Below are positions 10,758 through 23,300 of a stretch of DNA of 64,000 nucleotides, in pieces (position 1 is the first letter of the stretch; every line of letters begins with the position of its first letter). Location of the stretch: NCBI GenBank assembly GCA_951804945.1, contig OX638150.1, forward strand, positions 41,230,001 through 41,294,000. The letters are read 5' to 3'. This DNA comes from Podarcis cretensis. Taxonomy: Eukaryota. Both the position numbers and the translations under genes were made by a program. The notes below the pieces were generated by a model. The model was given only the letters and a program-made list of their open reading frames with translations, had not been told where the DNA came from and did not search any database.

Positions 10758-13700
10758 CAGCACTTCAGGCAGCTGAGAAACTGGCAAGGGTCACAATCAG
10801 GGAGGAGGCACAAACCTCTTGTATTTCCTCCGCAACGTTACTAGTTACGCATTTATAAACACGTTATTTGAGGGCTCTTAACTGCACCTAAATGTTGTAA
10901 CGCGGATGCAGCGCCACACACACAAACCAAGAAATCTTGCTCACTGTAAAATTCCCAGACATGTAGCAAAACCTTTTAAGTTCTTTAGGAATTATTTCTT
11001 GGACCGACAATATCTGATTGCAATTGCCCAGAGGTTTGACCGCAAGACAATCTCTCCCCACAAATGCTAGGAGTTGCTTTCTTACTCACAATACGTCAAA
11101 GACTTGGGAACAGAGGAAAATTCAATAAATTCACTGAGAGTTCCCCTTGTTCACCTTCCCATCCTCTCCAGATGTCCACAGGCCCTGAACAAATATGTTT
11201 GATATGGTCCTTCATTCTTTGAAAGTATCTAAGCCTAGACCAGGTCATTCTAGTTTCAACCCCTCTCTGGAGCAAAGTTTGTCATTATTATTATTATTAT
11301 TATTAAAATCTTACTTTTGAAGTGGGGCTAGAAAGCTTATGGGGTTTACCTGTTACATCTGAGTTTAATATTGAAGATTTACGAGGTTTAATCTCTGCTT
11401 TTTGTGAAGGGTGTGACCCATCCAGTCACTTTCCTCCTTTGCAAGATTTAATTCATTTCCCCCTCTATTCAGTTTTATGGCCACCCTGGCAGGGCACATT
11501 TCCGCACAACTTGCCTTTATCACAAAGATACCCATGCACTACATATGGATGCAGTTACACCCAGGATTCGCCATGAACAAACTGCCACCCCAGAAAACTC
11601 CCCCAAAGCTCAGAAATATGGTTTCACCATATTAATGTTTGGAAGACTAGCTATTAGAACAGCATATGTTTCCTCTCCCTCTTCAGCTCTATCCTCAGGA
11701 GTTTTGGGTTTCTATGTGGAATACTTTTTTTAAAAAAGGTCTTTCGAAAACATATTTTTTTATTTTGCCACGTACTGCTGCCAAAGTGCCTTTCAACAAA
11801 GAGGATGACTAACCAGAGTCTCCATGAAAGAAGGATTTTTCCAAGGATGGCTGAAGGTGGCAGGACGGTGATATCACCTTTTGGGATAGGAACCCCCAGA
11901 CTCACTCCTCACCCCTGCTCCTTCCCCAAAAATAAAAAAAATGACAATTGATTGGTGGGAAGGCAGTGAGAATTGCTAGGCTCCTACTGGTGATTTGGGA
12001 GTCAAAGGGAAGTCCTGTTTGGCTGGTTCTCTTAAGTACCAAATAGGGCCTCAAATGATTTATTATTTATTTTTCATCCATTTGCTTAGTGACCCTAATG
12101 GGCCATAACCAGAGGCATCCCTATTGACCAAGCACCTTGGAAAAAGAAGTCTATAATATTTTACAAATGCATGGAAGTGAACTAGATCAAAGTGACTGCC
12201 TGCCTGAGATGCTGACATTCCATCTGCTGTCTGGGGATGAAGGGGGGGGGTGCATGTGTGTCCAGGCAGCAGAGGAGAAGGAGTGGTGTGAACAATGCAT
12301 AAGAATTAAGAGATTAAACAGCCCAGGAAACTGAGACCATCTCTTGCCTTTCCCAGTCCAGGTGTGGTGCTGCGCAAGCACACTAAGGTGCAAGGGAAGT
12401 TTATTCCCTTTGGATGCAAACTCGTCTGATCAGAAGGCGATGGTTACCTGGGAGTGTAAAGGTGTCTCCATGCCCCACCAGATTCGGCCCAAACTTACTG
12501 CTGTTGCTTTACCTTCTTCTCCACATGCCTATTTATGCATTCACCCACATCTCCCTCAAGCCCAGACATCAGACGTGCCCAGTATGAGAAATGAGTACAA
12601 TCTAGGGATGAGCAAATCTCTTCTCCCCCCCCCCCACATCCCCCCATTCAATTTCATTATTATGCTGTGGTTTGGCTCTGCCCAGCATTTCATTCTGCCT
12701 GCCTTCCGGTTTAACTTGAAGAATTTCTGGGATTAATTTGGTGCATGTGCTGTATGCTGCAGTTTTCAGTTTGTATTTCTTCCCCTCGACCCTTTTTTTA
12801 CAAGTTAGCACCAGGCATGAGTGTATATGTACACTGATTAAAACACAGCACAAAACAGAATATTTTTAGATATGAGCTTGTATAGTGCCCATTGTAGTTA
12901 AGACACTCTTAAAATGCAATTGGGACATAATGGTTATGAATAAAATAACAAGATATAAGCAGTTATGGGAGGGAGGGAGGGAGGGATTCAGTGAAGATTT
13001 TTAGGAGGAAATTGTCAACATTTTTGCACTTTGAAAGGAAGGAAGCAAATAAGTAGCCATCTCTTTTCATAGCCCATGAAGCAGTGGCTTCAGCACTGGT
13101 GTCTCATGGCAAACCCTGCCTTTTAGTATTATGTGGCTATGCAATGAGCTACTTATAAACGTCCCAGAATCTCACAGACTCTCCAAGTCTACCAGCTCAC
13201 CCCCCCCCCAGCCTTCCTGTTGAAGTTAAGCAAAGTCATTAATTAATTCAACTTAGAGGCAAACCAAAGCAATTTTGGATTGAGCCAAAATAAAGGTGGT
13301 TGAAATTAAGTACCCTCTGGCATTATTCAGCTCCAGATATTTGAACAGAATTAAATTTGCTTATGAACCTTTTTTTTAAAGGTATAAATAATAGTAAGAG
13401 ACAGGATTTTTCTTTGTTTTGTATTTTTAAAGACACACTCCCCCTTTTGAGCCAGCAAATTAAAATGATGATAAAAGCTCTATAGAAGCTAGTTGTCGAG
13501 ATGATAGCACCCCAATTTAGCTCACAAGGGAAGTAACCATGTTCAATCTAATTAGGACCTGTTAGGATATTCAGAACTGCTATCATTCCATAAAGTTGAA
13601 GAAAACAGTCTCCTAATTGGCTTCCTGCTGGGAAGTCCGCGAAAAAGCCTTTATTGTCCCTCTGTGTAACCCACTCTGCACTTTCTTTGCAGCTGGACTG

Positions 13701-16407
13701 TTTTGAACACTGTGCTGCCCTCACCTAAAGGCATGGCTGCAAGAAACTTGCATGCTACTAGTACGTGAATGTTACTTGGCGTATCAGGAGTTTTTCTCAC
13801 AATCGTGTGTGCAAGGTCTCACATGCTTATTTGAATATCATTTGATTTTGAAGCACTCCTATCTGCAATCTGTTCTAAAACAGGGGGGAGGGGGGGCTTG
13901 AAACATTTAAATACCTGCATTTAAATTTTCCTCCTGTCCATAGGTGGGACCCAAAAACTGAGATGCAGTGGGGTATGGTGCTTGCAATCTCTAAAGAATG
14001 GATTCTAGAAGAGCCTAAAGAGCAATTGCACCTGGGCTTAGATTGTGAGTTGAGAACACAACACCTTACCCTTAGGCATTAATTTAAGTGAACAGGCTCC
14101 TGGGACCTCCCTACCCCCGTTTTACTCAGCTTCAAAAAGAAACTGAGATTACATTTCTGATTTTATGAAGCATCGCCTTTTACTTTCCTAGGGAGAGTAA
14201 GGTTATGTAACAGCAGAGACAACTTAACAAAACAGAAAGTAACATCACACCTCAGTGCAAGAGAAGGTGGAAAGTACAGAAGTACAAGATGGCTCTAAGC
14301 TAGATCAGAACTGAGTACTGAGGGGAGGGCAGGACTGGCATCAGAGATGGGATTATTTGGGCACCTTCAGGGACACTGCAGTTCCCCCAGGGTTCTTGAT
14401 CAGGCTGCTGCTCAGTGCTGTCACTGCCCCTTCACCTGCCCTCTCTGAGTATGCAAGCAGTAACAAGGGGGAGGAGGAGGTGTAGGAATATCCAGCCTTG
14501 TGCTTTCCCTCTGGGTGGTTTTGTGGGTTGGGTCCAGAGAGGGGAGAGTATGTGAATGAGCAGTAGAGATGGAAGGAAGGGTGATGTGGGCTCTCTCAGG
14601 GAGTAGGTCTACTGAAGGCATCTCTTCTCCCCCCGCTCCAAAAAAAGAGAAAAGGCTAGAACTGGCATTGAGATGTGTGCTGTGCTGTGCTAGATACAGC
14701 CTCCCAACTCATGTTTGCGCATAGCCATGTGACTCTTCTTTGTGGCCCTGGTTATGAATATTTATTGTGGAAGAAAGGGAGGAGGGGCTTTCTCATTTAG
14801 GCTTCAGAACACATTTGCCTTTTTGTAAAAAGCAAGTCGAAACAACAAGCTTTTGCATTTGACCCTCTCAATGGGGGACTGGCAAAGAAACTAACAACAG
14901 TACTTTTTCACTAAATGTCACATACATGCACAGTCTGCACACTGTCCTTCCATGGGAAAAGGATGTGATAAATTATTCAGGGTTTATCTCTGCAAATGCA
15001 AGTTGGAATTTTGTTTTGCTGGAGTGGGCAGGTGGCCATGGCCTGGTGAAGTGGGAGGAGATTTTGTGTACAAGGAGAGGGCCGTTTTGTTACTTGCCTG
15101 TTATTTGGTGCAATCTTGCTCCCATGAATTTGCAATAAGCTGCCTAGATACAAAGCAAAATCCCAACACGTCCCCTGAACAGAACAAACTGAGTTACTGC
15201 CAGAAATTCCCTTGTGGCAAGAAGGAAGTTGCGATGGCATGCTACCTTGAATTTAGTTCAGCATTTGCAATCACATCCAAAGTGTGCCTTAAGTTTCAAA
15301 TGAGCAGAATGTGGTGCTGCTGCTGGAAATTCTGATTCAGTGAGGAAAGGGGGGGGGGGGAGAGGCAGAGGAATCTTTCCCAGAGACCTCCAGCAATCAG
15401 CATAGTTCATCATGTGCATACATGACCAATAGGCATACCAGCAGTTTAAAGGCTACATTTTAAAGTTCTGCTAGAATATAAACAGACCATGGCCAGGATT
15501 AGCCTGAGAATGAGATTAGGCTGAGAAAGGGATTGATTTTGTTACCAGTAAAACCAATAGTAAGGGAGCTAGAAGAAACAAGGGTGATATGCACAAGCCT
15601 GAGCAGGACATTCCCAATCTGGGGAGAAAGAAATGCTGCCCAAGAGCAAACCTTAAGTGCTTATGCCCCCAAGCATCTGCAGATGCATAAATAGTGTTAA
15701 TGATAACAATTATTTTGAACTTCAGGCTTCTCAGATATGCCCAATGGTATAATAGTTAGACTCAAGTTGTATAAATTTTTGTACCACTATTTAAGCAAAG
15801 AAGGTACAGTCAGCAATAATCTGGATAAATACTCAGAAATTAACCATTGCTTATTTTTTTCAAGGGAGGGAACTGGTGTCAAAGAATGTTGTATAGAATT
15901 CTAACCTAGGCTGCATATGCACCATTCATTCAAAGCACACACATCCTTCCCCCCAAAAAAGAATCCTAGGAATGGTAGTTTTTTAAGGGTGTTAGGAACT
16001 AACAGTTCTTTAAGGGGTAAATACAATTTCCAGGATTCTTGAATCCAGGAATTTAGGGTGTCTAGCACCCACAAACTCTTAACACTCTCAAATACCTCCT
16101 CATCATTTCTACAGTGTTCTTAAACAGTAAGCAAAGTTAAACGCACCATACTCTTACGAATAAGTTGGGCATGCCTCAGGTACAGAATAGCCTATTAGTT
16201 CCTGTTGATGTCCTTTTAGTTCCTGTTCTATGGTTTTATGCACAGTTGTACATATTTTGACATGAATGGTCAAATGCAAACTAGTTAGGTTTCACATCTG
16301 TGACCATCTCTGTGTCCTCAGATGAAGCAAAGGATAATTGATGGCATATTACGTGATTGCTGACTTTCGCTGGAAAACCACTGACAAATCACATCAGAAA
16401 GGAATGC

Positions 16408-16481
<74 letters not shown>

Positions 16482-16489
16482 AATAATAA
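16408..16489. repeat. Compound (AAT)n(AAC)n(AAT)n microsatellite
   Basis: Directly visible; explains the homopolymeric ORFs here. Confidence 0.97.
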
Positions 16490-17287
16490 ACCATCAAGCA
16501 GCTTTTGCAAATTGGCAAACAAGGAAGTTTCCCTTCCTTTTCCCACTTTTCCTGCTTCTCCCACACTTTTGCTTTTTGCTTTGAACAGAATACACGGCCA
16601 AAAATACAAAACCTGCTGCTTTCTGCTGGGGCCTGGCTTCACTCTGGATTGAAGTTCCTAAGTGGAACTGACCACAAAGGAGTTTGCATTCCATGCTGAT
16701 TCAGACAGTCCCTGCTGCCAAACACTTGTGCACTCCCAATTGTTCCTTGGCAGTCATGGCTTTACTAGTCCTGCACCTGATGTCATATGCTATCATGTGA
16801 GTGGCAGGTGGGTGTGGCCAGCCAAAGCAGCCATATTTGGCTGGACTGATGGGCCTAATTTGGCCTACAGCATGAAGGTCTCTCTCCCTTCCCACACATA
16901 CACAAAATATTAGATAAAAACCACCAACCAAATTGCCAGTGAGGCATTTACCATCATGTAGTTAGACCGTCAGTGAGTGACAAGACTGAGTGGTCATTTG
17001 TCGCTCTCTGAGCAAAACCAAACTGTCTACCTGCCACACCACTCCCACACCTTCCCAGTATTTATGCCCCTCTGCTGCACCCTTTGGCACGGGCTTCCCA
17101 GGACTCCAGAAACAAAGTGTCCCAAATCCTGCTTACCACAAATGCAGGCCCAGGCCCATCAATTCTAGAGAGGAATCCAATGGCATTTCAGAAAATAAAT
17201 TGAACTTAAATTGAAATTTCTCACATAAGCAGAGGCAGATGCACACTAACTCTAGGGTGCCCTCGGGGAGGAGGGACGGTAGCTCAC

Positions 17288-17362
17288 CATAGTCCTTCTT
17301 GCAATACTTCTTCATGTTGATCTTCAGTTTCCCTTTGGATGCCTTGCAGTATGAATCACAGT
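17288..17362 (-). CDS. NTN1: Netrin-1 coding exon 6 (start of NTR/C345C domain), 75 bp, phase 1-1
   Basis: Translates to (D)[24 protein letters not shown](A). Donor TATG|GTGAGC. Acceptor CCCCTGAAG|AC follows a long pyrimidine tract. Confidence 0.97.
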
Positions 17363-20300
17363 CTTCAGGGGAGCCGAGGAGGAAGAGACAGAAGAAAACA
17401 TTAACAAAACAAATTAGTCTTAAAATGAATGAAAGACTTGGGAAAAGAAGGGAGTGTGTGTGTGAGGGGAGAAGCGAACAGTGAAAGCTGTAGCCCGCTA
17501 TGAATAAGCAGCATGCCTGTGATATCCATCTGCCAGGACCTGATTGGGTCATCTAATGGGGGCATTCACTGAAAACCTTCCTTTCTAAAGAAAGTAACTC
17601 ACAAAAGAAGCTATCCTCCTCTCCCTTTCCCTCCCCTCCTATCCCCGCCTGACAAATTCTTTAAGCTGTCCTCTGCAGGCTGCCACAACTTGGTTGCCTC
17701 CATGGGAGACCCCAGGGCCTCGCTTATTGTGCCACCCAGATCTTTAGAGAGCCACAGCCCCCCCCCCCCCAGTTCTTAAACTGCAAACTGGAGTCTGATT
17801 AAAGCCCACAGAGGCCTCTTTGTCACCCCCTAACCCAGACCTGTGTCAGGCTTTGGCATTCATAGCAAAGGGATTCTGGCTGGGGTCACTCCTCAACAAA
17901 AGGGGTCAGGGAGGAAATTAGCAGCCTATGAAGCATTAGCAAAGCCTTTGGCGTCCACTCTACTGGAGTGTGCAAATAAAATGCCCCAGTGGGACTGCTT
18001 CATTTCTATGGGCCTTACTGCTGTGATACGATGGATTTACTCCTCCTGAACATCATCCTGTGTTCCAGTGCCACTAATGTAATGCTGCGTTGAGTTTTTG
18101 GCACTGCCTCCATCCTGCTTTGGCTGTGCTAGAACTATTTTCATGCCACTTTTGAGCACTGGGAGTGCAGCTTGACCCTGAGCATGCAAAACTGTTATTT
18201 GCTGTGGCATTTCTTTCTTTCTCTCTCCAGTCTGGCAAGGCTGGGCTGCACATAGCTCAGCCTGCACTATGTTTCCCAGGTATGCCAGAGTATAGTGTTT
18301 CTACAGCAGTGTTCCTGCTTATCCAATTGGTGCACAGATGGGTCAGGAATTATACTTTGCTGTTAGGAAAACATATGATGATGGGCAACTTGCTTTTCTG
18401 CAGTGATTGATAAATATTACGATTCATTATGTGTTCATGTCCTGCTCTTTCTTTAGAATGCTCAAATCAGCTAACACAAGTCTCCTACCTATGACTGCTC
18501 ATATTCACCTCTTGCTTGTCTGCAAGCATTATGCTCAAGAACGAGAGAGCCTATGACCATATAGGGGACTATACAATGGAAATGAGCAACTACAGCAATA
18601 TTATTTACTGATATCCCTCCTTCCTAGCCAGAACAGCATCCTTTAAGGTTATAAATCCATATAGTATAATTACCTACCTGATTGTGTTGGAAACAGGATG
18701 TACAGATAAAGGTAATAAAAAATACTTAGAAATTTTCATATTTATACTCATGAGCAATGGAGGAAGGGAAAAGTCGAGCCCCACCACATTCACACCTACA
18801 ACCTCCCTCTGCCCTTCTTTTCCACCACTGCCTAATGCAGAGCTTTGCCTACCAATTAAAATATAGTTCAGTACAAATACAGTTCAACAGCTCTAATTAT
18901 TGCCTAAGATAAGAGTGTATCCCTTGTGGAAATACATTGGCCACATCAGGATTAGGAGGACCAGAAATGGAGAAGGAAGGCAGCCCCATACGGACAGTTA
19001 AAGCAATCTGTCCATTGCTATAAAGCAAACATCATGAAGGGTTGGGTGCTTCTTTCAGCCTGACTAATGCTCCTTGTTGTTCCTCGTCCATCTCTGACCA
19101 TACAGTGAATTGTTCTGGGCCCATCTCACACTAATATATTTGTCCTTGAACTATTTACTGTGGAATAGTTCTGTGGATCTACTGACAATATATTCTAAAA
19201 AAAGACTCATCTCACCTAACCTCAGTTAACCACTAGCAAAGGCTGCAATTCAGTTACATTAAATGGGGGTCTTGCCATTGTCTTCTGTAAGAGTAGGGCT
19301 GCATTATTATAGTCATTTTCCAAGTCCTGGAGGAAAAGTTGAATTCTCTATCCCAAGTCAATGAGCAAAAGCTTGAATGTGTGTTACCAGGTTGGCTAGA
19401 GCCCCCATCCACTGTGTTGAACACTGATCTGACTGCTTCCAATTACTGATCCATCAACAGAAGCTGAGAGCATGCTTGCAAGCAGCAACAAAGAAAAGTA
19501 AGACAGGCATTTTCAACCAAAAGATGATAAAAGCAATTTTGGGTCAGTTTGGGGTTGAAACAAAGGTACTTGTATAATATATCACGATGTATAATTGAAT
19601 AATAAGTCAAGCTTTTGTTTAAGTTCTAAATGGAATTGTAGTTCAAATTCATGTTTCCTTTTTGTTTACTTCTACCTTTCCCCAATACCCAAGAATATGC
19701 ACTTTCTGAAGGAAATTTTTTTTTCCTATGTTTTCCCCTCTGCATGCCATTTCCTTTGTTGTGACAATAAAAGTACATTGTCTCAATTGAGTTGATAAAT
19801 CACTAATATTTCTGGCTGATCCCCTAGGAACCAAGGCAAGGCTCCGAGTGTTGCATACAATACTGAGGTGGTGAGTGATCTCCCAGGCTTTAGGCCTTGG
19901 ACTGCTGCTTGAGAAAATGAAATGTACACTGGCAATACCCCAACGGAACCTTATTTCTGCATGGAACTTCTGGCGTTATTGCTTCTAACTGTTTAGCATC
20001 ACTGGTCTCAAGCTGAGCAATACTCTTCCAACAGAGATTCAGGATACACCCTTGCTTTTGACTTTCAGGCATCTCTTGAAGACTTGTTTAAGATTTCACT
20101 GATGGCAATTTCATTTGCCATCTCGATGTAACCCTTGAGAAGGGTGGAAAAGTACAACTCCAAATACTTTTCACTAGTATTCCTGCTTTCCTCATCTTGC
20201 CTCAAATTACATGTAGCCCCTTCACAATTGACACAGAAATTATCTAGCAACAACAGAGTGCATTTAGGTTATCTATTAAGGACAGTGTTGCTAACCTGTA

Positions 20301-23300
20301 TGGCAATGTATGTCCACGAAACTGTCTGCAACAGCAGTTAATATCAGCCAAAAATGTATAAATAATCACAGGAAAATTGAAAAGTGAATTATTCACTTGT
20401 TGCACTTTCAACTTCTGACTCTGAGCACAGCTCAGCATTTATGCACAGAACCAAAACAGGACTACAGATGTGCTGTAGTAGATGATGCTTCTATTCCCCA
20501 TTTCCTTCACTGTAACACAAGGCATGTACAGCATATTCACTCTCCTGCATCTTGATTCTCTCTCTGTTTGGACCAAGCACTCTTCTGGGGGTGGAGGGAT
20601 GTGAGAGAAGCTTTGTGGAGTGTGTCTACTGCCCTGACCAAGGCCAAAGTACCAGGGCTCAGCAAGTGGAAGTCCACTTGTGCAGTTTGTAAGAAGAGCA
20701 AGGCTCTCCAGGAGCTGGGGTACCACAGGGGAACACAGCACACATAAACCTCCCCAGATTGGAGAAAATGTTAGTCTTATTTAAACAAACAAACAAACAA
20801 CCTTGGCAAGCTGCAACCTCAAACCCAGCAATCTCTTGTCCAGTCAAAACAAAACAGATTTGGGAAATGGTACCTCTAATATATATATATAATTTTAAAA
20901 TCCTTAAAGCAGGATAAAAAGGTGTGGCGGCTGTTTTGTCTCATTTGCAGCTTCAGAACATGTCAGGAGCATTTCCCCCCCTTTCCTATCTGTTAGCTTA
21001 GTTATTTTCCGAACGATTCCTTCACAAATCAGTGCACTCACCTTTTTTAGTGCTTCTTTTATTTGCACAGTGTGGACAGCATTAAAAACCTGTCATTGGG
21101 GTTTCCATGTGCTGGGCAGCAACTGACACACAGCCTTGCCTGAAAAACCTCCCTGCCCTGATCCTTCTATGGTCTACTAATCCTTGAACAAGTTATTCCC
21201 AGCATGCTGCTGTCTGTGCTCACAGGATGGTGTTCATGTGGAGATGGAGATCATAGGATAATCAGAATGCCTGGCACTAAAACCACACAGCACTAAACAC
21301 TTCTTGAGCAACGGTGCTAGAGCTATTTGGAGCCTATGACAAAGTGCACTTCTTGTGTCAGCTGGGATGCATCATCCCAGATGGAATGCCAGATGCTTGA
21401 GAGACAAAGTGGACATGTTTGCAGTACATGATATTCTGGTTGTATTTTGTAGGAGATTGGTTCATATTGTTCACAGCACATCTGTTTTATTCCTTCTTCT
21501 GCTTCATGTTTTATTTCCCTATGTATGCACATTTCTTGGGGTTCATTTCTCAGGGCTGCTTTCCAGTTGCCCACTCAGAATGGTGATCATCAATAGCATC
21601 ATCTTGATTTCTCAGAACTATTCAGCACTGTTGCACTTGTGTCTGATTCAGGAACAGAACGTATCTCACAGAGAGACAAACTGGGATGGGGAGAACACAG
21701 CGGCATGATGTCTCCGGGTTGTGTGGCAGCTATTATGGCTTTCCCATTATGAGCTCCAACATAAAATTTGCCATACAGTTTTAAGCAGGATAACATGCTT
21801 AGGTGAGACAGAACACTACAGATAATCTCCAAGTCACATGAAAGTTACCTGTGAAGCAGACCAGAGCTGATCTTTTGGAGGAGCTGGCTCTGTTTCTACA
21901 GCTGGATGAATCAAACACCCTAAATAAGAACATTGCTTAAACATTTTCCATGCCTGCAAAATTCCTTGTTCTCTTGTGCTACTACGTCACACCCAGTGTA
22001 TAGGAGCAGGCAGCACCTGTCTCCTGAGAAGATCGAACAACTAAAGATGACAAGAAAACTATCAGTGGGTACCATGAGCACACTTCATTAAAGAGGGATC
22101 AATGCATTTGCTTGGGTAGCTACTAAGCTCTATACAGTACAACACATAGCAAAAATATGGGCCAACGAGTCAACAGACAGCGTAATTACAAGTTAATCCA
22201 GTCTCTGTGGAACTGCATGCTCCAGCTGCTTTGAGTTCCAGCTGCAAAGCCAGGTCTCCAAACCCCTTTATAAGAAGCTGCTTGACCCCAAATCCTGCAG
22301 CAGGCCACAATTTCAGCATGAGGTATAGAATGTAAGAGAAAGAGAAGGAGAAATGGTGTCATTGAACAATGGGCCAGAACTGTAATAAAATTCTGCTCTG
22401 AGGAGCAGGAAAAGAACTAGTAAAATTACCCATTCTCCATAGCTGATCACATCAAAGTGTTAAAAAGGAATGAGACACGAGGGTTGACTTTAGGTTTCCA
22501 CTAAATCCCAAAAAAAATTCCAGTATGGAGAATAGCCATTTCCAGATAAACCATCTGAACATTTTCAGACGTTTCTCCAAAACACAAATATGAGCCACAT
22601 GGCCCTCCATAGTCATGCAGCCAGTGCTGGAGAGAAAGGGTGCAATGAGTAGTCAAAAGCTAAAGCAGGAAACACCTCACAGGTAGGTTACCTGGGGTAT
22701 TGCTTTTGCTAACCTTGTTCTTTTACTAACAGAATATCTGGCACCATTTCTATCTCCCATGTTAAAATACAATTCAGATAAAGTAGGCCAGTCAGTTAGT
22801 GATGGTTCCTTACTCTTGCTACAAGAACTCAGTGATAAGGTCCCATCCCATCCTACAATTCTATGTTTTTATGTTCTGGCTCAATCTGTCCTTGGAGTGA
22901 GTTTATTGGTTTTAATATCTTCAAGATCAACTTCAGAGCAGCAAATGGTTCCATGGGTGACAGTAAAAATGCTTTTGCAGAGCCAGTGTCTGCTTTCTCT
23001 GCCAAGTAGCTACAATTTCCTCCAAATGTTTTGCTGCTTCAAGCCTTTCATTGATTGAGCCTGCCTTTATCTTTGCAACCTTGAGGTGACGGGTCACTGA
23101 GGGGCTGGGGGCTGGAGATGCTGTTCCCACTGCAGAAAATGGCATGCCTTGGTACCATAATTCAGCACAAAGCCTGGGTGGATCTATCAGACAGAATGCT
23201 AAACTCGAGTTTTATTTGTTCCTTTGACTCTGATATTATTTTATTATACCTCTCTTTAAATTTTTAAAAAGCGAAAGTCTTGTCAGTGGTGGAGGAAAGA

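Noticed and set aside
16318-16652. Poly-Asn, poly-Leu, poly-Cys/Tyr and poly-Ile/Thr ORFs
   Set aside because: Translations of the AAT/AAC microsatellite.
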